A stretch of 54,870 bases of DNA, taken from contig CAYPRD010000002.1 of assembly GCA_964413195.1 (NCBI GenBank), positions 1 to 54,870 of the forward strand, read 5' to 3'. The stretch is from an uncultured Candidatus Peribacteria bacterium. Lineage in GTDB: Bacteria > Patescibacteriota > Gracilibacteria > BD1-5 > JAGOOR01. Below the pieces are notes generated by a model. The model saw only the letters and a list, made by a program, of their open reading frames with translations, ran no database searches and had not been told where the DNA came from. Position 1 is the first letter of the stretch, and each line of letters begins with the position of its first letter. Shown here in pieces: positions 1 to 18,103 of the stretch. A program made the translations under genes and the position numbers.

Positions 1-2
1 CT

Positions 3-635
3 ATGTGACACAAAGTTAGTCCCATCTCATGGCGTATCGGAGTCACCCGTTCTTGGTCATCAACAGGATACTACGATAAGAAAGAATACACAGGAGCTAT
101 TGCTCAGGATGTAGTTATCAGGGATCTTATCCGTACTTTTTTCAAAGGACTTCCAGTCGGACACGTGACTATTGCGCACAGTGATACTGGTCTCAGAGTT
201 GTGATTTACACCTCTCGAACTGCTCTTGTGCTTGGGAAAAATGGAGAAAATATGACAAAATTGCAAAAAAAGCTTCATGCACTTTTTGAAAAAAAAGTTC
301 ATGTTGATGTCAAAGAAATAAAAAATCCTGATGTTCATGCGACACTTATTGGTGATAATATTGCTCGTCAAATCGAAAGACGTCTCCCATACCGTCGTGT
401 TATCAAACAAGCTATCATGAAGGCTATGGAGAAAGGAGCAAAAGGAATCAAGGTCCGTATTTCTGGACGTATCGGAGGTGCGGAAATTGCTCGTCGAGAA
501 GTGTATAAAGAAGGAAATATTCCAACACAGACTATCCGAGCTGCGATTGATTATTCCGTTGAACATGCCCTGACACCCTATGGTATCATCGGTTTAAAGG
601 TCTGGATTTATAAGGGTGACGTGACTAACGACTAA
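3..635 (+). CDS. rpsC: 30S ribosomal protein S3
   Basis: Starts ATG TGA CAC AAA GTT = M-(TGA)-H-K-V, matching the near-universal S3 N-terminus MG(Q/H)KV. The C-terminal part is track ORF 165..635 (GAKGIKVRISGRIGGAEIARRE). TAA stop. Confidence 0.95.
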
Positions 636-648
636 TTTCTCTTTTACT

Positions 649-1077
649 ATGCAACAACCCGCACGAACAAAATATCGAAAAGCCATGAGAGGCACTCAGA
701 AATGAATTGCCACCAGTGGATTTATGCTGACTCATGGATCATTTGGACTGAAGGCAATGACGTCCGGATTCCTTACTGCTCGTGAATTAGAAGCAGCTCG
801 TAAAACAATTGCTCATACACTTCAACGAGGAGGAAAAGTATGGTGCCGAGTTTTTCCTCATAAGCCGTACACAAAGAAAGCTCTTGAAGTCCCAATGGGT
901 TGAGGAAAAGGAGGTGTTGAATATTATCACGCTTCTGTTCCAGCAGGAACGATCTTATTTGAGGTTGATGGGGTAGCTGAATCTCTCGCACGAGAAGCAT
1001 TTACTCTGGCTGGACAGAAACTTTCTGTAGAAACATCTATCATTGATAGTTCATCACTTTTTGCCCTCGCTGCTTAA
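649..1077 (+). CDS. rplP: 50S ribosomal protein L16
   Basis: MQQPARTKYRKAMRGTQK(TGA)IA..FGLKA..TARELEAARK..PMG(TGA)GKGGVEYY. E. coli L16 has GRNRGLA and RMGKGKGNVEYW at these positions. 142 codons, TAA at 1075. Absent from the track because of 2 in-frame TGA. Confidence 0.93.
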
Positions 1078-1088
1078 TCATTTTATTT

Positions 1089-1283
1089 ATGCCAACTAAA
1101 AAAACTCCATCGAAAAAAACATCTTCTGCTCCTCGTGAGCAAAAGAGTGATCTTCGAAGTCTTCGCGCTGAATTTTTCTCTCTCAAGATGAAACATGCTC
1201 TCCGTGAATTAAAAGAAGTTCATAAATTAAGAAATGCTCGCCGCGATATTGCCCGCCATCTTACTAAGCTTCATAAATCATAA
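1089..1283 (+). CDS. rpmC: 50S ribosomal protein L29
   Basis: 64 aa basic helical protein (LRAEFFSLKMKHALRELKEVHKLRNARRDIAR) in the conserved slot between L16 and S17. Confidence 0.85.
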   Translation: MPTKKTPSKKTSSAPREQKSDLRSLRAEFFSLKMKHALRELKEVHKLRNARRDIARHLTKLHKS

Positions 1284-1285
1284 TT

Positions 1286-1516
1286 ATGCCACGCACAAAA
1301 ACTGGTGTTGTCACCTCAAATAAAATGACTGGAACCGTTACCATCAAGGTAACTGAGTATCATCGTCATCCAAAATATAACAAGGACATCCCTGTATCGA
1401 ACAAATTTCATGCTCATACAGATGTTCCTCTCGAGGAAGGTGTCGTTGTTACTATCGAGGAAACAGCACCTCGCTCAAAGACTGTTTGCTGGCGCGTTAT
1501 CCATCCTGCTGCATAA
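1286..1516 (+). CDS. rpsQ: 30S ribosomal protein S17
   Basis: KTGVVTSNKMTGTVTIKV..HPKYNK..FHAHTD..VVVTIEETAPRSKTVCWRV, the S17 OB-fold signature. Conserved gene order. Confidence 0.9.
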   Translation: MPRTKTGVVTSNKMTGTVTIKVTEYHRHPKYNKDIPVSNKFHAHTDVPLEEGVVVTIEETAPRSKTVCWRVIHPAA

Positions 1517-1526
1517 TAATTTTCCT

Positions 1527-1898
1527 ATGATTCAAAAAGAAACTCGACTTATTGTTGCTGATAATACCGGTGCCCGGGAGGTTCTGTGTTTCAATATACC
1601 ACGTTGAACCCGACATCGATATGCACGAGTTGGCGACATCATTGTTTGCTCTGTGAAAGATGCTGACCCAGATGGACAAGTAAAAGCTCACTCTGTCGTA
1701 CGTGCTGTTGTCATTCGTACATCTCGTCCGGTCAAACGTGCTGACGGTTCTACCGTCCGATCTGATGATAATGCGTGTGTGATTGTGAATGAAAAAGGTG
1801 AGCCTCTTGGAAGTCGTGTGTTTGGACCTGTCTTTCGAGAATTGCGTTCTGACAAACGTTTCAAAGCTATTATTAGTAAAGCTCCAGAAGTCCTTTAA
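1527..1898 (+). CDS. rplN: 50S ribosomal protein L14
   Basis: [26 protein letters not shown](TGA)[13 protein letters not shown]. coli L14 has KVLGGSHRRYA, so the TGA at 1605..1607 aligns to Gly. Ends ..KAPEVL. Confidence 0.95.
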
Positions 1899-1919
1899 GT
1901 TTTTTATATCTCTCCAAAT

Positions 1920-2273
1920 ATGCAGAAAATGAAAATACACACCTGAGATACCGTCCGCATCATAGCCGGAAAGGATCGTTTTCGAGTAGTAAAAAATAAG
2001 GATGGTGTAGAAAAGCGTACGCCTACCGAAGCAAAAGTTCTTCGGACATTTCCTCAGGAATCTCTGATTGTTGTAGAAGGAGTCAATATGGTGACTCGTC
2101 ATGTTAAAAAGCAAGGAACTACTCCAGGTCAGAAGATTCAATTCGAAAAACCTATCCACGTTTCCAATGTTATGCTCGTTTGTCCAACAACTAAAAAGCC
2201 TACCCGTATACGTATTGAGCGATGAACAAAGACGCAAAGAATTTCTGTAAAATCTAGCAAAACTATCGATTAA
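1920..2273 (+). CDS. rplX: 50S ribosomal protein L24
   Basis: MQKMKIHT(TGA)DTVRIIAGKD is a KOW motif with Gly expected at the TGA. A second TGA lies near the C-terminus. TAA at 2271. Frame length is divisible by 3. Confidence 0.9.
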
Positions 2274-2282
2274 TATTTCACT

Positions 2283-2819
2283 ATGTCACTTCAAAAGCAC
2301 TATACATCTACTGTCATCCCTCAGCTTGCTCGAGAGCTTGGGAAAAATCTTCATGCCCTTCCTCGTCTCGACAAGGTTGTTATCAATATGGGTATCGGCT
2401 CGCTAGTTACTGGAGGTCAGAAGGATTATTCTCTTTTTGAGAAACACCTCACATTGATCACGGGTCAAAAACCTGTTCTCTCACGATCTCGACAAGCTAT
2501 CTCAAATTTCAAACTTCGCGAATGACTCCCAGTTGGTCTTACCGTTACTCTCCGTGGGAAACGTATGTTTGATTTCTTGGAGAAATTTATCCACGTTGTG
2601 CTTCCACGTGTTCGTGATTTTCAGGGTCTTCGTCCAAAGAGTGTTGATCGTGATGGTAACTTTAACCTTGGTCTTCGAGAGCAGACACTATTTCCAGAAA
2701 TTGTTCAAGATGATATTGTCAAAACTCATGGTATCCAAATAACTGTTGTCACCAAAAGCACCTCGAGCAGCGATTCTCTTACTCTCTTACAGGCTCTTGG
2801 CTTCCCATTTCATAAATAA
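2283..2819 (+). CDS. rplE: 50S ribosomal protein L5
   Basis: Track ORFs 2283..2525 and 2565..2819 are one frame joined by a TGA. FKLRE(TGA)LPVG matches L5 FKxREGMPIG. [25 protein letters not shown]. Confidence 0.95.
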
Positions 2820-2824
2820 TTTCT

Positions 2825-3049
2825 ATGACTCGTAAATCTCTCATCGCCAAATGTCGCCGTCGTCAGCTTCGTGCTGCTCGTCAGCGAGCTAATGGGCACA
2901 AAGTAACCTTCTCAACTCGTATGTATTCACAGTGTATTGTCACTGGAAGACGACGAGGAGTGATTGGCCGTTTTGGTCTTTCTCGTATTGAACTCCGAGA
3001 GCGTATCAATCGTGGTGAAATGTTGGGTGTTCGTAAATCTAGTTGGTAA
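2825..3049 (+). CDS. rpsN: 30S ribosomal protein S14
   Basis: 74 aa. C-terminal [34 protein letters not shown] is the S14 signature. Confidence 0.9.
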   Translation: MTRKSLIAKCRRRQLRAARQRANGHKVTFSTRMYSQCIVTGRRRGVIGRFGLSRIELRERINRGEMLGVRKSSW

Positions 3050-3059
3050 TTTTTTTCTT

Positions 3060-3446
3060 ATGACTACTGATCCTATATCTGATCTTTTTGTTTCTCTGAG
3101 CAATGCACTCATTGCTGGAAAATCACACGTTATTCTTCCTTACTCTGTTCTGAAAGAAAGAGTCTTGGTTATTTTCCGTAAAAATAAGTATATTGTTGAC
3201 TTTGCTGTGGAAGGGGATGTCAAAAAATCTCTTCATATCAAACTTGATGATTCGAAAAACAGAAGAATACCAACATTTCGACGCGTGAGCACTCCTGGAT
3301 CACGAGTCTATGTCGGATCAACTGCTATTAAAAAATCCAGAAGTGGTACCGGTATCTATATTCTTTCTACTCCGAAGTGAGTCATCACTGGCTATGAAGC
3401 TCGAGCACTCAATGTTGGAGGAGAAGTTATCTGAGAAATTTATTAA
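3060..3446 (+). CDS. rpsH: 30S ribosomal protein S8
   Basis: MTTDPISDLFVSLSNA.. (S8-type start) ..GTGIYILSTPK(TGA)VITGYEARALNVGGEVI(TGA)EIY. TAA at 3444. Confidence 0.92.
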
Positions 3447-3454
3447 TTCTTTCT

Positions 3455-4000
3455 ATGTCACGACTCGCTAAAAAACCTCTACCAATCCCTCAAGGCGTTA
3501 CTTGTAATCTTTCAGGAAATACCCTATCTATCCAAGGGGGGAAAGGAAAAATTGATTTTATTGTACCATCTACTGTCAATGTAGACGTACAGGAAAAGGC
3601 ACTTGTTCTTTCAAGCGCTGTTTCTGAATGAAAAGAATTTGCTCAGTGGGGACTCTCTTGGGCTCTCATCAAGAGTAAAATGGCATGAGTAAGTCAGGGT
3701 TTCTCAAAGACACTTGAAATTCAAGGAGTGGGATATCGTGTTGAAATTGCTGGAACAAAGTTGACTCTCTCGGTGGGTTTTTCTCATAAAGTGAATTTTA
3801 CGATCCCAGCTCATATCTCCGTTGTTCCTGACGCACAAAATCCAAATATTATCACTATTTCTGGCCACGATGCCGAAGCGGTTGGTCAGTTTGCTGCTAA
3901 AATTCGAGCCACTAAAACTCCAGAACCATATAAGGGGAAGGGTATACGCTATAGCAATGAATATGTTCGTCGCAAAGCTGGTAAAACTGCTGCTAAATAA
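3455..4000 (+). CDS. rplF: 50S ribosomal protein L6
   Basis: MSRLAKKPLPIPQGV.., two in-frame TGA. The C-terminal half is track ORF 3728..4000 (PEPYKGKGIRYSNEYVRRKAGK). Confidence 0.92.
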
Positions 4001-4008
4001 TTTTTTTT

Positions 4009-4350
4009 ATGAATACTTCATCTCAAAAACGCCTTGTTCGTCACCGTCGCATCCGCTCTCGTCTTTCTGGGACAGCTGCATGCCCACGTCTTTCAGTATA
4101 TCGATCAAATGCCTATATTTATGCTCAGGTTATCGATGATACTACAGGAAAAACTCTGGCAAGCGCCCATGATATGAAAGCAAAAAAAGGCAACAAAGTA
4201 GATCATGCTCGTCAAGTTGGTACGGAGATTGCTCGTAAAACGCAAGATCTTGGTATCAAAAATGTCGTCTTTGATCGCTGAGGATTTCTCTATACTGGTC
4301 GTGTCTCAGCTCTTGCTGATGCTGCACGTGAATCAGGATTATTATTTTAA
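4009..4350 (+). CDS. rplR: 50S ribosomal protein L18
   Basis: CPRLSVYRSNAYIYAQVIDD..VFDR(TGA)GFLYTGRVSALADAARESGL. L18 consensus is FDRGGYxYHGRV. TGA at 4279..4281, TAA at 4348. Confidence 0.92.
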
Positions 4351-4359
4351 TTTTTTTCT

Positions 4360-4935
4360 ATGTCGGAAGAGCTCACAACACCTGTACCAGCATCACCAGA
4401 AGCCTCAACTGCTCCTGAATCACCAAGACGTCCTCGCGATAATTGACGAGGAGGTCGAGGAGGTCGAAGAGATGACCGTCGAGGAGGGTCTGGATTTGAG
4501 CCAGTAAAAAAGGAATTTGAAGAGGTACTCCTCGAAGTAGGACGTGTTACCAAAGTTACTCGCGGTGGTCGACAGCTCCGATTTCGTGCTGCGGTTGCCA
4601 TTGGTGATCGTAATGGTCGTGTCGGTTTTGGTCTTGGTAAGGCTCAAGAAGTTTCTGTTGCTGTTGAAAAAGCTGTCAATTCTGCCAAGAAACATTTGGT
4701 GAAAGTTCCACTGAAAAATGGTACTATCCCATATCAGGTTTCAAAGAAATTTAAATCAGTCCGCATCATGATTCATCCAGCGGCTGAAGGAACAGGTATT
4801 ATCGCGGGAGGTTCTGCACGTCGTATTCTGGAACTTGCGGGATGTCAAAATATTCTTTCAAAAAGACATGGTGGTCGTAATATTATTACTACTGCTTATG
4901 CAACCATGGCAGCCCTTAAATCTTATACTCGTTAA
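4360..4935 (+). CDS. rpsE: 30S ribosomal protein S5 with an RGG-rich N-terminal extension
   Basis: ..VTKVTRGGRQLRFRAAVAIGDRNGRVGFGLGKAQEV..IIAGGSARRILELAG. One TGA lies inside the N-terminal RGGRGGRRDDRRGG tract. Confidence 0.93.
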
Positions 4936-4938
4936 TTT

Positions 4939-5391
4939 ATGATTAATCACGCTACTATTCGTCCTCGATCCTCTTCTCGTACAAGCTCCAAGAGACTTGG
5001 TCGTGGCTCTTCATCTGGTAAAGGTGGCTTTTGTGGTCGTGGCTGCAAAGGGCAAAAAGCTCGTACTGGTAAAAAAATCCATCCCCTTTTTGAATGAGGA
5101 CAAACACCACTTCATATGCGTTTGCCAAAACTTCGAGGAGGTGCCTTCTCTGCGAAAGTTCCTTTTGCTGTCATACATGTGAGCGATATTGAAAAATTAG
5201 CACAAAATGGACATACAGATATCTCCATTACTCTCCTTGCTGAAAAAGGATATATCCGATCAAAAGATCGTGTGAAGTTGTTATCCGGGGGGAGTATCAG
5301 TACTCCAGTGACCCTTTCTGTACATGCTGCTAGTGCATCTGCTCGATCAGAACTCGAAAAAGCGGGAGGAACTCTTAATCTTGTTGCATAG
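4939..5391 (+). CDS. rplO: 50S ribosomal protein L15
   Basis: GRGSSSGKGG..GQKARTGKKIHPLFE(TGA)GQTPLHMRLPKLRG, matching L15 FEGGQMPL. Starts 3 nt after the rpsE stop. Confidence 0.92.
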
Positions 5392-5397
5392 TCTTGT

Positions 5398-6747
5398 ATG
5401 ACAAATTGGAAACAACTTTTCCGTTCACAGGGCCTGAAGAAGAAGATAGGTGTTACACTTGCTTTGATCGCTGTGTATAAGCTTCTTTCTGTTATCCCAG
5501 TGCCAGGCGTTTCACCAGCCTCTCTTGAGAGTATGAGAAATGTCTTTTCAGACCAACCAGGGTTAGCGTTTTTTAGTTCACTCATGGGGGGAAGTTTGGA
5601 ACGTTTTTCCATTATTCTCATGGGACTTTCACCGTACATCAATGCATCTATTATTCTTCAGCTTCTCACGGTTGTGGTACCGAAATTGGAGGAAATCAAG
5701 AAAGAATGAGCGCAAGGGCAGAAGAAAATCAACACCTATACTCGTATACTGACAGTTCCTCTGGCATTTATCCAGAGTTATGGGATGATTCTTTTATTAA
5801 ATAGTCTTGTTCAGGGGACTCCAATTGTTGATACAGGAAATTGGACGAATCTCCTTTTCATGATGTCAGTGATTACTGCGGGAACTGTTTTCTTGATGTG
5901 GCTTGGCGAACAAATTAATGAAGCTGGTATCGGGAATGGTATTTCTATGATAATATTTGCTGGAGTCCTGGCTGATGTTCCTTCACGGATCGTTACACAA
6001 CTTGCTCCAGTTACTTGGAATGGTGTGGGAGAGAGTCTTCGACAGTTACTTCCTTTTATCGGTCTTTTGTGTGCAACACTGGCGGTTATATACATTATTA
6101 TCCGGTTTACAGAATGATATAGACGAGTTCCTCTTGTGTATACTCGTACTGGTCGTGATGAGCGTTCGTATTTTCCAATACGCGTGAATCAGGCGGGTAT
6201 GATACCAATCATTTTTGCACTTTCTCTCGTTACATTCCCCTATATTATTGGACAGGCCCTCACTCTCCGAAGTGCCTCATTGCCTCAATTTATGAAGAGT
6301 GGTGCGAGCCTCTTAGTACAGGTATTTGATCCAAATTCTCCTACGTGGTGGTTTGTTGGTATATTTATTGTTCTTGTAGTAGGTTTTTCTTTCTTCTACC
6401 TTTCTATCACTTTTGATACGAAAGAAATTTCAGAAAGTTTACAGAAGCGAGGAGGATATATACCTGGTATTCGCCCTGGACGTCAAACAGCTGATTATCT
6501 CCGTACTGTTTCGAATCATCTTAATTTCTTCGGAGGATTATTTATCGCACTTGTGGCAGCATTTCCTTATATCGCTACATTGGTCAATAACTCTCTCAAA
6601 GCAAACAATATTCCCTATCTGAATGTTGCCCAAATTGATTTTCTTATCTCAGGAGCAGGTCTGATTATCGTTGTTGGTGTTATCTTAGAACTTTTGCGAC
6701 GATTTAAGTCCGAGGCACAATCGTACGATTATAAACGTTTCTTTTAA
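5398..6747 (+). CDS. secY: preprotein translocase subunit SecY
   Basis: Track ORFs 5398..5709, 5785..6117 and 6136..6747 share one frame joined by 2 TGA. GLSPYINASIILQLL. EIKKE(TGA)AQGQKKIN matches SecY KEGExGRRKI. Confidence 0.95.
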
Positions 6748-6757
6748 CTATTTTTTT

Positions 6758-7174
6758 ATGGATTCACAACTTATTGCACACATCCAAAACCTTGCTGCTG
6801 GAAAGAAAGAATTTCCAAAGCTTGCTACCGGTATGCAGGTAGAAGTATCTCAACGTATCACTGAAGGTGATAAATCCCGTATTCAGAAATTTGAAGGTGT
6901 TATTATTCGTCTTGGGGGGAAAACCCATGGTGAGAAATCCTATACTGTTCGTCGTGTTGCAGCGGGACTGGGTATCGAAAAAACTTTTCCTGTTGCTTGT
7001 CCTACAGTAGAAAGTGTAAAAATCATACGACAGTACAAAGTGAATCGGAAAAATATCAGATACGTTCGTGAATTAGATGGAAAATCTGCACGTCTCAAAG
7101 AAGTTAAACCTCAGAAGGAATCAACACCTAAGGCGAAAAAAACGAAAACGAAATCGTCTTCGAAATCAGAATAA
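6758..7174 (+). CDS. rplS: 50S ribosomal protein L19 with a Lys-rich C-terminal tail
   Basis: IQKFEGVIIRLGG..YTVRRVAAGLGIEKTFPV..IRYVRELDGKSARLKE is the L19 signature, followed by KPQKESTPKAKKTKTKSSSKSE. Confidence 0.9.
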   Translation: MDSQLIAHIQNLAAGKKEFPKLATGMQVEVSQRITEGDKSRIQKFEGVIIRLGGKTHGEKSYTVRRVAAGLGIEKTFPVACPTVESVKIIRQYKVNRKNIRYVRELDGKSARLKEVKPQKESTPKAKKTKTKSSSKSE

Positions 7175-7176
7175 AA

Positions 7177-7196
7177 GTATTTTTGACCAAAAATAC
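7177..7196 (+). terminator. weak AT-rich hairpin after rplS
   Basis: GTATTTTT-GACC-AAAAATAC stem-loop followed by T-rich sequence. The stem is all A/T apart from the G-C closing pair. Confidence 0.3.
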
Positions 7197-7222
7197 GCGT
7201 CTTGTTTTCTCATTTTTTCCCC

Positions 7223-7228
7223 TAATAT
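7223..7228 (+). promoter_or_regulatory. -10 box TAATAT, 6 nt before the ATG (leaderless-type)
   Basis: TAATAT-catagt-ATG(7235). No purine-rich SD in between. Confidence 0.45.
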
Positions 7229-7234
7229 CATAGT

Positions 7235-8122
7235 ATGAATATTTTGATTACTGGGGGAGCTGGTTTTATTGGATCACATTTGGTCGATTCCTGTATTGAT
7301 GCGGGCCATACCGTGTGTATAGTTGATAATTTTTCTTCTGGCTTGAGAGAAAATATTGTCCATCATGCCAATAATTCTCGCGTTATTATTTGCGAAGCAG
7401 ATATCACAAACCGTGACAGAATGGATGAAATATTTAGCACATTTCTTCCGGGTGCTGTTTTTCATTTAGCGGCACAAATTAATGTTCGTGAATCAATGAA
7501 AAATCCAGCGAAAGATATTTCCATAAATATTCTTTGAACCATACATATCCTTGATCTCATGAAGAAGTATGAGTGTAATCGTATAGTGTTTTCTTCGACT
7601 GGATGAGCACTCTTTTCTGGTGGATTGCCGCCATATTCAGAAGACCATACTCCTTCCCCAGAAACACCATATGGAATTTCAAAATACACAGATGAAATGC
7701 TTCTTTCTTTTTATCAAAGACAGCATGGAACGCTTGTCACTATTTTGCGTTATGCAAATGTGTATGGACCTCGACAAAATCCGCAGGGAGAAGCAGGGGT
7801 GATTTCTATTTTTCTTGAAAAAATACGTATCCAAGAACGTCCTACAATCTATGGTAACGGAGAACAGACTCGGGATTTTATCCACGTATTTGATGTTGTT
7901 GCTGCAAATATGCATGTACTCAAAAATGATATTTTATGAGTCTTTCATGTCGGTACTGGAGTAGAGACATCGGTAAATCAAGTCTGGAGTCTGTTGGGTA
8001 CGTCGAGTGGTTTAGAACCAATATATGTTCCTGCACTGGGAGAAATTCAGAGAAATTCTCTCAACCCTACCAAGCTTCAGAAAACAGGTTGGGTGATCAG
8101 ATATCCAAATATTACTTTCTAG
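7235..8122 (+). CDS. NAD-dependent sugar epimerase/dehydratase (GalE-like SDR)
   Basis: MNILITGGAGFIGSHL (GxxGxxG) and YGISKYTDE (YxxxK). Three in-frame TGA, including SSTG(TGA)ALF. TAG at 8120. Confidence 0.85.
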
Positions 8123-8123
8123 T

Positions 8124-9188
8124 ATGGCGTATCATCACCTTAATGTTCTTACGATTTTTCCTGATCGTCTGCATCATAATTTTTCCTATCTTCGTTCACG
8201 GAGTTCACATATCATACCAGTTCCCGTTTTAAAAAGTAACGCTTATGGTCATGGCATCAAGACCATTGCACCTCTTTTGTTCGATTATCGTGTACCATTT
8301 GTGTGTGTTGACTCTCTCTATGAGGCATACGAATTGGAAAAGTATGGGTACGATGAAGATATACTTATTATGTGATATGTTGATCCACGTGATGTACCTT
8401 TGAGAAAAAATTTTCATTATGCTGTCTTTGGCGCTGAATATGGGAAAGCTCTCATACGAAAATATTCCAAAATACGACTGCATCTTTTTCTAGATACAGG
8501 CATGCATCGAGAAGGCATACTGGATCTAGACCTCACAGATTTCCAACCTCTTATCAAAAATACTGTTGGACTTATGTCTCATCTCTCAACTCCCGATAAT
8601 ATCTTGGTGAGCGGTGAGCAGATCACGAGTTTTAGTGCGACAAAAAAAATTCTCCAGTCTGCTTGATTTTCATTTCTGTATACACATATTCATGCTTCTG
8701 GAGGACTTCTACAGTCCACTTCACTTCACGATGATATAGCCCATGCAAGAGTGGGATTAGCATATTATGGGTATGGTCATCCAGACCTTCTACCCGCACT
8801 TCGGTGCACGACGCGTATTGTCCAAATAAAAACATTGCAACCTGGTGCGACCATAGGATATGATGGAACATATCATGTGACACGAGTCATGAAAGTTGCT
8901 GTCCTTCCCATTGGATATAATGATGGGCTTGATCGTCGGCTGTCTTCTGGTGGTGAAATGATGATTGGAAATATCGTCTGCCCACTTGTATGAAGAATAT
9001 CGATGAATGTCAGTGTCATTGATATCACCCACGTCCCTCAGGTTACCCCAGGGGATGAAGTGTGTTTTATAAGTGAAATTCCTGGGGCACCAAATGCCCT
9101 CGAAGTGCATGCAACAAAATGTGGCACCATTCCTTACGATATGCTCGTACATATAAACAAAGAAATGCATCGAACTACCAGAGTCTAA
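8124..9188 (+). CDS. alr: alanine racemase
   Basis: VLKSNAYGHG (PLP-Lys motif), LDTGMHREG, PIGYNDGLDRRLS. Four track fragments in one frame joined by 3 TGA. Confidence 0.85.
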
Positions 9189-9227
9189 ATCTTTACATAA
9201 TAAATTTATATTTATAATATATTTACT

Positions 9228-9530
9228 ATGTGAGATATATACGCATCATCCTGACCTCTCCGTTCTTTCCCGAGAAGTAACTGAATGTGCGATACTGCTA
9301 GTTGTCTTACCTGCAACTGTCCATTTCGATCTCTGGTGTTGTGCCGTATTTTAGGTATACATCCGGGCTCTCTCTCTTCTACTAATGTTCCTCCAGATGT
9401 TCTTGAGCTTGTTCGGCGTATACCGAGAAATGTTTTTGAAGTTGTTATTCACACTGATGAGTTTACGGGGCATGAGCATATAGTACGTGGTGTACGACCA
9501 CTTGAGGCTGTTTCTGATGACGATTTATAA
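9228..9530 (+). CDS. hypothetical Cys-rich protein (100 aa)
   Basis: ATG TGA .. open to TAA at 9528. Includes track ORF 9285..9530 (CLTCNCPF..). -10-like TAATAT lies 7 nt upstream. No family recognised. Confidence 0.45.
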
Positions 9531-9536
9531 AAAAAT

Positions 9537-9564
9537 TTGACAATACGGAGAGCCTTACTATACT
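9537..9564 (+). promoter_or_regulatory. sigma-70-type promoter upstream of rpoB
   Basis: TTGACA (9537..9542), 16 nt spacer, TATACT (9559..9564). About 120 nt upstream of the rpoB ATG. Confidence 0.5.
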
Positions 9565-9630
9565 CCCCGCATATCACATTTTTTCTGAATTTTCGTGCAC
9601 GAACCAATTAGATAACTTGTCCGTGTCTAT

Positions 9631-9655
9631 CGCATAGAGCTGCTATGCGGTTTTT
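9631..9655 (+). promoter_or_regulatory. leader hairpin plus T-tract (possible attenuator) in the rpoB leader
   Basis: CGCATAG-agctg-CTATGCG followed by GTTTTT, located between the promoter and the rpoB start. Confidence 0.35.
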
Positions 9656-9684
9656 CTGTGTCTTTTATCTCCTTTTTTTGTTTT

Positions 9685-13362
<3,678 letters not shown>

Positions 13363-13383
13363 TTTTTTCCTATCCTTCTTTTT

Positions 13384-17544
<4,161 letters not shown>

Positions 17545-17558
17545 TATATTTTGATTCT

Positions 17559-17588
17559 AAAAATCCCTTACATCTGTAAGGGATTTTT
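17559..17588. terminator. bidirectional intrinsic terminator between convergent rpoC and the DUF1761 gene
   Basis: AAAAATCCCTTACA-tc-TGTAAGGGATTTTT: a GC-containing stem flanked by an A-tract and a T-tract. Confidence 0.6.
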
Positions 17589-17603
17589 AGTGTATAGTAT
17601 TTA

Positions 17604-18038
17604 TTATAATAACCAACCAATGATAGCTCACATGCCTGTGGCCACCAGAAGGATATATCCACAGTTGATCAGGTAGAGTTTCCAGGGCTTTTGTTCGTAG
17701 AGACTCTGCACGAGATAAAAAAGACACACCATGATACCTAAATCATATCCAAACAACATTCCCTTTGCACCAGTATACCATCCAAAATGTTTACAAAAAG
17801 CAGCAATATTGGCAGCAAGAAAGAGAAAAATTGGCACACTCCAGATCAGTGCCCATCGTGCTTTCTTTCCCCGTAAGTCTTCTTTTTTGAGCCCTGCTAG
17901 GTTCATCCAAGAGTTTCCAAAAACGTCAGGATGGTACCAAATCATGCCCACGACAAGAGCGAAAACAGTTGCAGATATATCCGCAGAATAGGATATATTG
18001 GTAAAAAGCCAGGAGATATCTTGTATAAGAGAATTCAT
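17604..18038 (-). CDS. DUF1761-like membrane protein
   Basis: Track ORF 17628..18038 reads through one TGA to TAA at 17604. GMIWYHPDVFGNSWMNLAG plus several hydrophobic segments. Confidence 0.7.
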
Positions 18039-18044
18039 GATCTG

Positions 18045-18050
18045 AGTATA
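18045..18050 (-). promoter_or_regulatory. -10 box TATACT, 6 nt before the ATG (leaderless-type)
   Basis: On the minus strand: TATACT-cagatc-ATG(18038). Confidence 0.45.
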
Positions 18051-18103
18051 TTTTTAGATGATGCTTTGGAAAGTCTGTTTCTGGGTTCCAAGACTATACT
18101 TTT

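Noticed and set aside
1497-2237. Long minus-strand ORFs opposite conserved genes (also 60..566, 5112..5642, 37576..38568, 38740..39384, 12093..12443).
   Set aside because: They are antisense to ribosomal-protein, secY, mfd and rpoB genes with unambiguous motifs. Their products are compositionally odd. Typical antisense open frames.
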